The position numbers and the translations under genes are program-made. A DNA stretch of 60,432 bases, counting the filler, from Nitrospinae bacterium RIFCSPLOWO2_12_FULL_45_22 (GTDB taxonomy: Bacteria; 2-12-FULL-45-22), in NCBI GenBank assembly GCA_001803565.1. It is 5 parts of 5 records of this genome, joined end to end, with 100 filler letters (N's around TTAATTAATTAA, not from the genome) between each part and the next. Parts side by side here need not be neighbours in the genome. Positions count along the whole stretch, not along the records: positions 24,803 to 46,355 come from MHDQ01000154.1; positions 46,456 to 54,570 come from MHDQ01000155.1; 3 more parts are not named here. The stretch is one strand, 5' to 3'. The notes under the pieces were generated by a model. It was not told the origin of the DNA and did no database searches. It was given only the letters and a program-made list of their open reading frames with translations. Below, in pieces: positions 36,588 to 46,900 of the stretch (the stretch's first letter is position 1; each line of letters opens with the position of its first letter).

Positions 36588-39500
36588 TTGAAGATAGGGC
36601 TGCAACTGCCGGTAATCAATACCTTTAGGGCGGCGGTGTGGGGAGATGAAGTAATGGCTGTAGGTCTGGCAGATGCCTTATCCAGCCTGCCTGAGGCAGA
36701 GTTTGCTGAGGTTTATAGCCCGGTCACTATCCACGACAATCTGGATATAGTGATAAATTTTTATCCCTTCCCTGACGTGAGGCAGGTAGCAGGCCCGGCG
36801 CAATTCTGGTGGTACCAGGCCTCTATCTCACCCTGGGTGAGGAACCACCCCGATTTTACTAAGCTGCTTACTCTTTATAGGGGCTTTTTTGTGGCCAGCC
36901 CCAATCTGGCCACCGAATTGATAGAGCTAGGGGTACCGCAAGATAAAATCATGTTTTTGCCTATGTCAGCTAATAGCCGATTTTATCGGCCTGTAGCCCC
37001 ACAAGCTAAGTATGCCCATAACCTGGTCTTCTGTGGTAATAACCACCCGGGTCGGACCAGAGAAACTATTGAGCGCTATCTATTGCCGATACGGGAGCTG
37101 GGCCTGGTGATCTATGGTAATGGTTGGGACGATATACCAGAATTAAAGGATTGCAGCCAGGGACCAATGCATCCCAAGGAGGTACCGGCCCTATACTCTT
37201 CAGCCAGGATCATCCTTTCTACCCATCCGCAATGGCACCGCCTCATGGATGTCCCTACCTCCAGGCTCTGGGAGGCCGCGGCCTGCTCGGCCTTTATCAT
37301 CTCCGATAAATTGCCCACTGCCCGCCAACTCTTCGGAGATACTATAGTCTGGACAGACGGTTGGGATGACCTGCGAGAAAAAGTCCGGTATTATTTAGAG
37401 CATGAGGAAGAGCGGAAGCAGGTTGCTCAGGAGGCCTACCAGCTTGTTCTTTCACAATATACCTTTGACCATTGGGCCAACAAAATTATGGGATTTGTCC
37501 AGGATAGACTTCAGGAAAAGGAGAGACCCTCCCCAGTCATAAATAAATCTTCTACTCAAGAAATACCTTTAGTTAGTGTCATTGTTCCTACTTATAACCG
37601 GCCTGAGATGCTGGAAGGGGCTATAAGAAGCATTTTAAACCAGACTTATTCTGAGATAGAAATCCTGGTAGTCAACGATGGTGGAGAGGAAACAGAACAG
37701 ATCATAAACTCTCTGGATAAAGATCATAAGATTACTTACATTAAACACAGTCAGAACCATGAGCGCTCAGCCGCCAGGAATACAGCCTTGAAGCTGGCTC
37801 GAGGGAAATATATTGCCTATCTGGATGATGCCGATATTTTTTACCCGCATCACCTGGAAACCCTGGTCAATTTCCTGGAGAGCAACCCGTATAAAGTAGC
37901 TTATACCGATGCCCTTAGAGCGCATCAGGTGAAGGAGGAGGATGGGTATAAGATTATCAAAAAAGACCTGCCCTACAGTATGGATTTTTCAAAGGAATTA
38001 TTGCTTGTGCAAAACATCGCCCCCATCCTCTGTTTTATGCATGAAAAGTCCTGCTTAAATGAGGTTGGTCTATTTGATGAAACCCTTACTACCCATGAGG
38101 ATTGGGACCTCTGGATTAGGATGTCCAGAAAATATGATTTTGCCCATATAGAGATGATAACGGCCGAGTTTAGGACGAGGGAAGATGGCTCCAGTACGAC
38201 CAGTGGGCGGCTGCCAGATTTTTTAAGAACCATGGAAATCATATTTAAAAGGTACGAAGAGCATACAAAAAACAAACCCCAGATTATAGAGTTGCAGAAT
38301 AAGCGATTGGAATGGTTAAAGGGAGAAATCCATAAGGCCGCCAATCTTGTAAAATCAGAAAAAAGTCCCGGCCACATCAAGACCAGCATCGTGATAGTAA
38401 CCTACAATTCCCTGTCCGACATTAAATCCTGTCTGGATAGCATTGGGTCTAACACTGGACTCCCCTATGAAATTATCATTATTGATAATGCCTCTACCGA
38501 TGGCACCCAGGAATATTTAAAAACCCTGTCCCAGGCGAAGATACTCCTCAACCGGACCAATAACGGTTTTTCTCGGGCCTGCAATCAGGGGATCAGAGAG
38601 GCTAAAGGGGAATACATTGTTTTGCTGAATCCAGATACCCTGATCACTCAAGGCTGGGACACCAGGATGATTGATCATTTTAAGGATGGCGTTGGTGCGG
38701 TTGGGCCAATATCTAATTATGTGGCTGGCGTACAGAAGTGCGACCTATACCTGAAAGGAAACCTTAATGGAGAAAGGGATATCGAGGGGCTGGCGGCTAG
38801 ATTTTATCAATGGAACCGCGGTCAGGCAGTCGAGACCAAGCTCCTGATTGGTTTTTGCCTCGTTCTGAAGCGGGAGGTAATAGATAAGGTAGGGCTTTTG
38901 GATGAGGAGTTGTTCCTGGGTAATGATGACCTGGAATACTCGTTGAGACTGCGCCGCCACGGCTATAAACTGCTAGTAGCAACCGATACCTTTATCTACC
39001 ATAAAGGTCAGGCTAGCTTCCAATCGGAACTCCAATCGTATACCCAAAGATTGGTTCAGGAAAGCACCGATATCTTATATGAAAAATTGAAAAAGATTTA
39101 TAAGGATGAAGAGGTACCTACCAGTCAGGAGCTATGGGGAATAGACTGGTTTCGTCCCTCCCCTACACTCTTAGACCATGCTCCGGAGTCCACAGGTACA
39201 AGGCTGACTGCCGACTCTCATCAAGGCGATTATCGGACACGAACTACTGATTATAAATCTCGAATACCAGACCCTAATGAAACCCTCACCAGTATTGTTG
39301 TCCTTACTTATAACCAGCTCGAATATACCAGCCAATGTCTCGCCAGTATAGAACAATACACCTCAGGGTATCATGAACTGATCCTGGTAGATAATGGCTC
39401 TACAGACGGTACAGTGGCATACCTGGAGGGCCTGGTAAAAGCGGCTAATGGCCACCGGCATAAACTCATCTGTAATAAAGACAACCTGGGTTTTGCTAAG

Positions 39501-40373
39501 GGTAGCAATCAGGGGATTGAGCAGGCCTCAGGGGACTATATCCTCCTGTTGAATAATGACGTTATAGTCACAGCCGGCTGGTTAGAAAGGATGCTAGCCT
39601 GTTTTGAGCGGGATAGTTCGGCAGGTATAGTAGGGCCCTGCTCCAACCGTGTCAGTGGGCCCCAATTGGACCTAGAGGCAAACTACAATACTGTAGCAGA
39701 GATGCAGGAATATGCCCAGAAATTTAGTTGTAAAAATAAAGGAAGGGTCTTGGAATCACCCAAGCTAGTGGGATTCTGCCTCCTGATAAAGCGAGAGGTA
39801 TTAGACAAGATAGGGCTGTTGGATGAGAGATTTGGCAGTGGTAATTTTGAGGATGATGACCTCTGCCTACGGGCCCGCCAAGCGGGCTACAAATGCCTCA
39901 TTGCCCGGGATGTATTTATCCACCACTTTGGCGGACGGAGTTTTAAAGGGAATAGTATTGATCGGTGGGACCATTATGAGAAGAACTTGGGGCTCTTCGT
40001 TGAGAAATGGGGCTTGAAAGGCCCGGATAAAAAGGAATCCCTCGAAAAGCTCGGCATCCCACGCCGGGTCTATGCTAGCTATTATAATGACCTGGGAGAG
40101 AGATATTACGCTGATGCTGAGCTAGAAAAGGCCAAAGGACTATTTTTAGAGGCCATAGAGATAGATGCTAATTTTCCCCACGCTTATAACAATTTGGGAG
40201 TAATCGCCTGGCAGGAAGGCGATAAAGAAAGGGCCCTCCAGTTGTTCTTACGGGCCTATAGCCTGGATGGGCAGGATGGTGATGCTTTGGCTAATCTGGT
40301 ATCGTGCAGCGGTGAATTGGGCCGTTATCAGGAGCTAGAAGACGCCTTAATAGAAGCCTCGCATAAAGGGTAA
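36588..40373 (+). CDS. 1261-aa multidomain glycosyltransferase: CgeB-like GT-B + three GT2 + TPR
   Basis: RLWEAAAC; VSVIVPTYNR; TSIVIVTYN..LNPD; TSIVVLTYN..LNND; C-terminal AYNNLG TPR. TTG start. Confidence 0.9.
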   Translation: MKIGLQLPVINTFRAAVWGDEVMAVGLADALSSLPEAEFAEVYSPVTIHDNLDIVINFYPFPDVRQVAGPAQFWWYQASISPWVRNHPDFTKLLTLYRGFFVASPNLATELIELGVPQDKIMFLPMSANSRFYRPVAPQAKYAHNLVFCGNNHPGRTRETIERYLLPIRELGLVIYGNGWDDIPELKDCSQGPMHPKEVPALYSSARIILSTHPQWHRLMDVPTSRLWEAAACSAFIISDKLPTARQLFGDTIVWTDGWDDLREKVRYYLEHEEERKQVAQEAYQLVLSQYTFDHWANKIMGFVQDRLQEKERPSPVINKSSTQEIPLVSVIVPTYNRPEMLEGAIRSILNQTYSEIEILVVNDGGEETEQIINSLDKDHKITYIKHSQNHERSAARNTALKLARGKYIAYLDDADIFYPHHLETLVNFLESNPYKVAYTDALRAHQVKEEDGYKIIKKDLPYSMDFSKELLLVQNIAPILCFMHEKSCLNEVGLFDETLTTHEDWDLWIRMSRKYDFAHIEMITAEFRTREDGSSTTSGRLPDFLRTMEIIFKRYEEHTKNKPQIIELQNKRLEWLKGEIHKAANLVKSEKSPGHIKTSIVIVTYNSLSDIKSCLDSIGSNTGLPYEIIIIDNASTDGTQEYLKTLSQAKILLNRTNNGFSRACNQGIREAKGEYIVLLNPDTLITQGWDTRMIDHFKDGVGAVGPISNYVAGVQKCDLYLKGNLNGERDIEGLAARFYQWNRGQAVETKLLIGFCLVLKREVIDKVGLLDEELFLGNDDLEYSLRLRRHGYKLLVATDTFIYHKGQASFQSELQSYTQRLVQESTDILYEKLKKIYKDEEVPTSQELWGIDWFRPSPTLLDHAPESTGTRLTADSHQGDYRTRTTDYKSRIPDPNETLTSIVVLTYNQLEYTSQCLASIEQYTSGYHELILVDNGSTDGTVAYLEGLVKAANGHRHKLICNKDNLGFAKGSNQGIEQASGDYILLLNNDVIVTAGWLERMLACFERDSSAGIVGPCSNRVSGPQLDLEANYNTVAEMQEYAQKFSCKNKGRVLESPKLVGFCLLIKREVLDKIGLLDERFGSGNFEDDDLCLRARQAGYKCLIARDVFIHHFGGRSFKGNSIDRWDHYEKNLGLFVEKWGLKGPDKKESLEKLGIPRRVYASYYNDLGERYYADAELEKAKGLFLEAIEIDANFPHAYNNLGVIAWQEGDKERALQLFLRAYSLDGQDGDALANLVSCSGELGRYQELEDALIEASHKG

Positions 40374-40390
40374 TTAAGGAGAATAAGGTT

Positions 40391-42061
40391 ATGAGAGAGG
40401 AAAGAGCAAAAAACTGTACTACCCCTAAGCTATCGCTCTGTATGATTGTTAAGGATGAGGAGAAGGACATCTCTGGTTGCTTAGAATCGGTTAAAGGAGT
40501 GGTGGATGAAACCATTGTAGTGGATACTGGCTCTACCGACCGGACCGTAGAGATTGCTAAGAGCCTTGGTGCCCGCGTCTATTCCTTTAGCTGGTGTGAT
40601 GACTTTGCGGCGGCCAGGAATGAATCCATCCGTCATGCTACTGGCGACTATATCATCTGGCTCGATGCCGATGATCGAATAGAAGGGGCAGAGGTTCAAA
40701 AACTCCGGGAATTAAAGCAGTGCTTCCCCCGGGCTAAGAACCGGGCTTATGCCCTCCAACTACAGAGCCCTAGAGGTGGTCTGGTAGAAGATTCTTCTTA
40801 TCAAACCAGGATATTTCCTAACCTGCCCGGGGTCTGCTTTGAGGGGATCATCCACGAGCAGGTAGGTCATTCCCTCCAGAGATTACGGGTCCCTTTTGAA
40901 TGTGTCCCCATCAAGGTGACCCATTATGGGTATAGCGATCCTAAACATTTGCCCGAAAAGGCCGAACGGAACCTGGGGCTACTCTTGAGGCAGGAAAAGA
41001 AAAACCCTTCTGATTATGTCAATCAATTCCACCTGGCAGAAACCTATGGGGCATTAGGAAACAAGGCTAAGGCCCTGGAGCATTTCAAAAAAGTCATCTA
41101 CGAAACCAATTGCCAAAACGAAAACCACTATATACTCCTGGCCGCATATCTTGAAATAGCTAAGCTCTATAAAGAAATGTCTTTATACAACATAGCTACG
41201 AATACTCTGCACGAGGCGGCCCAACTCTTCCCTGATAATTCGCTGATAAGATTCCATCAAGGGGAAGTCTATTTCTGCCTGAGGAGATACGAAGATGCCC
41301 TTAAAGAGCTTTTTCTGGTCAAAGAGGACGAACTGGACCTGTTTGTGATCCCGATACCCACAAGGGCCATCAGCTATCTGCTCCATTACTATAAGGCCAG
41401 ATGCTATCAGGTATTAGCTGATCAAGCCGGGGCACAAGATACCCGGGGCAGTTTAGAAAAGGTCAGGGAAGAATATGAAAAGGCCTTGCAGTGGAACCCC
41501 AATGCTGTCGAGTGCCTAACTGATCTGGGTACTATCTATCTTAAAAGTGGTATGCTGGAAAAGGCCCGGGAACTATTAGAAAAGGCCCTGTCCCTGGGTA
41601 GGAAAGATTCGGCTCTTTATTCTAACCTGGCGCTGGTTTATGCCAGGCAGGGTGATGATATGCGGGCAGAACAATGGTATCAAGAGGCCCTTAAAATAGA
41701 GCCAGATTTGATCGAGGCCCTAACCAACCTGGGCCACCTCTATCTGCGAAATAACCGCTTAGAAGAGGCAGAAAGGACCTTTATGCAGGTAGTATCGAAT
41801 GGCCTGGAGAATGGTGGGCTGGTAGATGTGCATCTGGCCTTAGGTTATATCTATGCCCAGAGATTTGAAATAGAGTATTGCGTGAGGGAATGTGATCGGG
41901 CCCTGGCGTTGCTGGATATGCCCAGAGATATGGTACTGGAGAAATTAGAAGACCTGGTACAACTCTATAACGACATTGGGGTAAGATTAGAAAATGATAA
42001 TCGCCTCGCTGAAGCCCTTATGGGGTTCCGTACTGCGGTGCTATTAAGTCGTGCCGGTTGA
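40391..42061 (+). CDS. GT2 + TPR glycosyltransferase, candidate flagellin O-glycosyltransferase
   Basis: LSLCMIVKDEE, VDTGSTD, W.DDFAAARN, WLDAD, IHEQ, HYGY, then TPR repeats; last gene before fliC. Confidence 0.88.
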   Translation: MREERAKNCTTPKLSLCMIVKDEEKDISGCLESVKGVVDETIVVDTGSTDRTVEIAKSLGARVYSFSWCDDFAAARNESIRHATGDYIIWLDADDRIEGAEVQKLRELKQCFPRAKNRAYALQLQSPRGGLVEDSSYQTRIFPNLPGVCFEGIIHEQVGHSLQRLRVPFECVPIKVTHYGYSDPKHLPEKAERNLGLLLRQEKKNPSDYVNQFHLAETYGALGNKAKALEHFKKVIYETNCQNENHYILLAAYLEIAKLYKEMSLYNIATNTLHEAAQLFPDNSLIRFHQGEVYFCLRRYEDALKELFLVKEDELDLFVIPIPTRAISYLLHYYKARCYQVLADQAGAQDTRGSLEKVREEYEKALQWNPNAVECLTDLGTIYLKSGMLEKARELLEKALSLGRKDSALYSNLALVYARQGDDMRAEQWYQEALKIEPDLIEALTNLGHLYLRNNRLEEAERTFMQVVSNGLENGGLVDVHLALGYIYAQRFEIEYCVRECDRALALLDMPRDMVLEKLEDLVQLYNDIGVRLENDNRLAEALMGFRTAVLLSRAG

Positions 42062-42265
42062 AGATACAACAGTTCACCGCAGGCGCAAAGACCCAGAGAA
42101 GACTACTGTAATTTAGGCTAAGGGCAATGGGCGATAGCCTCTTGCCTATTGCATCCTCAGTGTCTCTGTGGTAAATACTCCCCTGAATGCTTACAAAAAA
42201 TGATATCCCCCTCTCCCCATAATCCCCAATTCCCCTTTCTTGCACAAGCTTTATTAAACACATCC

Positions 42266-42292
42266 TAAAGTTTTTTCCTGACATACCGATAA
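42266..42292 (+). promoter_or_regulatory. sigma28 (FliA) promoter of flagellin
   Basis: TAAAGTTT-N11-ACCGATAA against the consensus TAAAGTTT-N11-GCCGATAA. Confidence 0.88.
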
Positions 42293-42400
42293 GAAGGGAT
42301 GTAAGCAGAGCTGGATAAAGGAAGGAGGTGAAAAAGTGGGGGCTGCGGGTTGAGGCCCTGATTTCAACCCATCCAATAACCAATAACCATTTACCAATGT

Positions 42401-42414
42401 GGGCAAGGATGCCC
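42401..42414 (+). promoter_or_regulatory. Putative CsrA-binding hairpin in the flagellin leader
   Basis: GGGCA-AGGA-TGCCC hairpin with GGA in the loop, just before the AAGGAGG RBS. Confidence 0.7.
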
Positions 42415-42437
42415 CGATAATCAAGGAGGATAGAACC

Positions 42438-43262
42438 ATGGGATTAAGAATCGCTAATAATATTGCAGCTATGACTACCCACCGCTGGCTAGCCAAGGCC
42501 GACAATGAGCTGGGTAAGTCACTGGAAAGGTTGTCTTCTGGCTACCGGATCAACCGGGCTGCGGATGATGCTGCGGGTCTTTCGATTAGCAGCAGGTTCC
42601 GGGCACAGATAGTTAGCTTGCAGGCAGCCTCTAGAAACACCTCTGAGGCCAATGCCCTGGTGCAAGTGGCTGAAGGGGCCATGAATGAGACCAATAGTAT
42701 CTTGACCCGATTAAAAGAGCTGGCTACTCAGGCCGCTTCCAGTAACGTTAGCACGGTTGACATAGGGAAGATCAATGAGGAGGCTAACGCACTTCTGCTG
42801 GAAATAGACCGGATTGCCAATTCTACTAAGTATGGTGGTACTGCCTTGCTCAATACCAGTTATGCCGGTACCTTCCAGGTTGGCTATGAGAACGATGTCC
42901 AAAGTCAGATCTCTTTTACTATCTCATCGGTAACTACCACTGGTATAGGTTTGGGCACGGTAGATATAATGAATAGCCAGGCAACGGCCCAGGCGGCCCT
43001 TACTACCATAGACAGCGCTATCAGTACCCTGGCTACCCGCCGTGGTAACCTGGGCGCTATCCAGAACCGACTAACCTATGCCTCAGCTAACCTGGCCAGT
43101 ACCGTCGAGAACTACCAGGCTGCTGAATCGGTCATTCGCGATGTGGATATGGCCTGGGAGATGACGAGTTTTACCAAGAACCAGATCCTACTCCAGTCTG
43201 GTACGGCTATGTTAGCACAGGCAAATCAGTCCTCGCAGGTAGTGCTGCAGCTCTTTGCCTAG
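42438..43262 (+). CDS. fliC: Flagellin (short type, 274 aa)
   Basis: LERLSSGYRINRAADDAAGL, RGNLGAIQNRL, S.IRDVDMA. ATG at 42438 follows AAGGAGG. Confidence 0.98.
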   Translation: MGLRIANNIAAMTTHRWLAKADNELGKSLERLSSGYRINRAADDAAGLSISSRFRAQIVSLQAASRNTSEANALVQVAEGAMNETNSILTRLKELATQAASSNVSTVDIGKINEEANALLLEIDRIANSTKYGGTALLNTSYAGTFQVGYENDVQSQISFTISSVTTTGIGLGTVDIMNSQATAQAALTTIDSAISTLATRRGNLGAIQNRLTYASANLASTVENYQAAESVIRDVDMAWEMTSFTKNQILLQSGTAMLAQANQSSQVVLQLFA

Positions 43263-43390
43263 AGCTAGTATTACAGGGGTGGGGGTTAATATTCCCCCCC
43301 TCTGGGCTAATTTTTAGGGTCAGTGGTTAGGGGTCAAGGCTCTGATAGGTGATCCCTAATCCTGACCACCAATTTGGCAGGTGATATAAA

Positions 43391-43777
43391 ATGGACATTG
43401 AAGGGGTAAAGCTCCAAATCGCAAATATTTTGGGCTCTGGCGACTGGTCCGGTAAAAAGTCTAGGGCTGAGCTCACAACTGCAAAAAAGCCGGTTAGAGC
43501 GGACGAGAAGGAAGAGACCCAGCCAAATCAAAAGGGCGAAAAGCAACGCCTCTCACCTGAAGAGATAAAGGAGGTTCAAGCGCGGATAAATGAGGCTTTA
43601 CGTCATATGAATTACCAGATCAAGTTATATATTGATAAGCCTACGGGGCGTATTGCCGCGGAGATTATTGATAAAGAGACTAATGAGGTTATCCGCGAGA
43701 TACCAGAAAAGGAGCTCCTGAAGCTGGCCGCTAAGATCCGGCAGATGACTGAGAACGTTTTTGAGCACTATGCATAA
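43391..43777 (+). CDS. flaG: Flagellar protein FlaG
   Basis: IIDKETNEVIREIP.KELL motif; lies between fliC and fliD. Confidence 0.9.
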   Translation: MDIEGVKLQIANILGSGDWSGKKSRAELTTAKKPVRADEKEETQPNQKGEKQRLSPEEIKEVQARINEALRHMNYQIKLYIDKPTGRIAAEIIDKETNEVIREIPEKELLKLAAKIRQMTENVFEHYA

Positions 43778-43900
43778 CCATAAGAAGAACAGTAAGCAGT
43801 GAACCGTGGGGAGTGAGTAGTTTACGGCTCACCAGTTTTATCTTCTGTGCGTCTCGGCGTGGTGTAATTTGGGTATTTTTTTAAGGGAAGATTGTGCTAG

Positions 43901-46355
43901 ATGGTAGGTGCTAGTTCTATTAGTGGGTTGGTTTCTGGCCTGGATTGGGCTGAAGTCATCAGTAAACTTATCGCAGTAGAGCGCCGCCCCATAAATATCC
44001 TGGACCAGCGTCAGACCGAGTATGAAAATAAATTATCTGCCTGGCAGTCCCTTAATACTAAACTGCTATCTCTGAAGACCCAGGCGAGCCAACTAAACCT
44101 CAATACCGCCTTTAACCTCTTCAAAAATACCCTGACCTCCTCTTCCTCCACCAAGCCGGAAGATATACTGGCCGTCACCACCAGCACTGATGCTACCCCT
44201 GGGGTTTATAGTGTAGAGGTATCCAGTCTGGCGGCAGCCCGGAAGCTCTCTTCTCAATCCTTTACCAGTAAGACCACCACCCTGGGTTATTCAGGCGATA
44301 TAGTAATCAATGGCCGGGCAATTAATATTGCCACTACTGACACCCTGGTAGATATTCAGGGCAAGATAAATAATGTCAACTCAGGCAGCAATGCCACCAA
44401 GATAACTGCTTCCATCGTATCCTATTCCAGCACCGATTATCGCCTTATCTTAACCAGCGATGATACCGGACAGAATGTCTTCCGGATAGCCGATGCCAGT
44501 GCCAGCAATGTCTTGCAGAGCCTGGGCTTTACCACTAGCTCAGTCAGCATCAATAACCCCACCAGTGATGGGGCAAAGTCTAATACCTTTACCAGTAGCA
44601 CCACGGATATCCGCAGCCTCCTGGGCCTGAGTAGTACCCTGAGCAGTACTACAGTCCAGATAGGAAGTAACAATGTTTCGATAAATCTTGATACCGATTC
44701 TCTACAGACCATTGCGGCAACTATTGATGCCCTCGCTGGTATATCAGCCAGTGTAGTTACCACCACAGTCAATGGTCAGACCCTTTATCAATTAGATATC
44801 AGCGGAACTACCTCTTTTACTGATGCCAACAACATCCTGGAGACCCTGGGTGTCCTGAAAGGTACTAATGGTCAGGGGAACGAGGTCCATGCTGGCAGCA
44901 AGGCAAATACTACTGACGGGAGCACACCTATAACCGCAACCAATACTTTTGATCAGATTTTTGGGGCTAATGTTGGCACAACCGATACTATTACTATCCA
45001 GGGAACCAAGAATGATGGCACCGCTATAACTACTACCACTTACAATATCTATAGTGGTGGTAGCTATAAGAGCATAGGAGACCTTCTTACCACCATAGAG
45101 AGCCTTTATGGCGGAGCTTCCTATGTAGATGCCTATATCAGCGATGGGACGGATGGCAATACGGCGGGACAGGCAGTTATCAAAGACCTCACTGCCGGTA
45201 ATAGCCGTATGACCCTGACCCTGGTCGCTAATAATGAGGGTGGCGGAACTCTCGATTTCGGAGACATCACGGCCCGTACCAAGGGCTATTCTATGCAGGT
45301 GACTGCCGGGGCCGATGCGGTCTTTGCAGTAGATGGTACCACGATGACCCGCACCAGCAATACCATCACTGATGTTATAACCGGAGTCACCCTGGACCTG
45401 AAAAAGGCCGAGGCCGGTACTTCTATCACTTTGAATATCTCCCGGGACCTGGATGCCGTGAAGGAGTTGATCTCGGATTTTGTGGAGACCTATAATGGGG
45501 TCATCGGCTATATTAATGAACAGTATTATTATGATGAAGAGAAGAAGACCGGTGGCGTGCTGATGGATGATGGGAGCCTCAGGTCAGTCCAGTCTGATAT
45601 CCAAAGTATAATCCGCAATACTATAAACGGTCTCCCCACTACCCTTAACGCCCTGGCCTTTATTGGTATAAAAAGCGATTATAACCAGGGTGGTAAGCTG
45701 GCCATTGATGATACCAAGCTTACCAGTATGCTCCAGTCAGACTTTATGGGGGTAAGGAGATTATTTGCAGCCGAGGCTACTGCTTCTAACGCCCAGGTGA
45801 GCTATGTCTACCATACCGAAAATACCAAGGCGGGCGCTTTTGAAATCAGTATTACCCAGGCCGCAACCCAGGCCTCGATCACCGGCACTACCGACCTGAG
45901 TGGTGGCCTGGGTGGGGCTGAGACCCTGACTATTACCGATACTGCTTCTGGTAGGGTAGCTAACATCGGCCTTACTGCGGGCCAATCCCTTACCAGTATC
46001 GTCAATGCCATAAACTCTAAATTAGCTACCGAATATACCGAGGTATTGACCGGTTCAGTGGCCAATACCAAGACTTCGGCCGCGGGTGGCGGTGCTATTA
46101 GCAGCACTACAAAATGGTCTGAGATAAATACCGGGGGTGATAGTAACGATATTTCTAATGGCGGAACCATATCCTTTAGTGGTACTACTCGGACCGGGCA
46201 AGGAGTCTCCGGCACTTATACTATTACCGATAAGAATACCCAGACGGTAGCGGGCTTATTGTCCGCTATTGAATCGGCCTTCAATAACGAGGTCTATGCC
46301 ACCATTGATACCAGTGGCCGGCTGGTCCTGACGGATAAGTATACCGGTGACAGCA
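43901..46355 (+). CDS. fliD: Flagellar filament cap FliD, long form, cut by the contig edge
   Basis: ISGLVSGLD...I.KL..VER, DA...VDG....R.SN.ITDVI.GVTLDL, FVETYN. Confidence 0.95.
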
Positions 46356-46455
46356 NNNNNNNNNNNNNNNNNNNNNNNNNNNNNNNNNNNNNNNNNNNNT
46401 TAATTAATTAANNNNNNNNNNNNNNNNNNNNNNNNNNNNNNNNNNNNNNNNNNNN
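46356..46455. other. Artificial contig linker
   Basis: N44-TTAATTAATTAA-N44. Confidence 0.99.
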
Positions 46456-46782
46456 CAACAAGTCAGGACCCTTTTCCGTCAAGATTTCAAAGACGCCTTC
46501 GAGAAGTGCGATGTTTTAGTAACACCCACCAGCCCTACCCCGGCTTTTAAGATTGGTGAGAAGATTGAAGACCCACTCCAGATGTATCTTTCTGATATCT
46601 TTACTATCTCTATTAACCTGGGTGGAATACCGGCGATTAGTCTCCCTTGTGGCCTTAGTAAGGATAACCTTCCTATTGGTTTTCAGATACTGGGTATGCC
46701 TTTTGCTGAAGAGACTGTCTTGCGGACCGCTTATGCTTACGAGCAGCACAGCGGCCTGGGGCGTTTGCGGCCACAACTATAA
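46456..46782 (+). CDS. gatA: Glu-tRNA(Gln) amidotransferase subunit A, C-terminal part
   Basis: Translates [60 protein letters not shown]. Confidence 0.93.
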   Translation, partial: QQVRTLFRQDFKDAFEKCDVLVTPTSPTPAFKIGEKIEDPLQMYLSDIFTISINLGGIPAISLPCGLSKDNLPIGFQILGMPFAEETVLRTAYAYEQHSGLGRLRPQL

Positions 46783-46900
46783 TCGTAAGCGTATAGCCTT
46801 CGTCTTTCAGCAGGAATGGTTAGTATGCTATTGAGTCGCCGGAATCATTAGGTAATTGGGTTATCGGTTTACCTAATAACCCAATTACCCAATCACGTAG

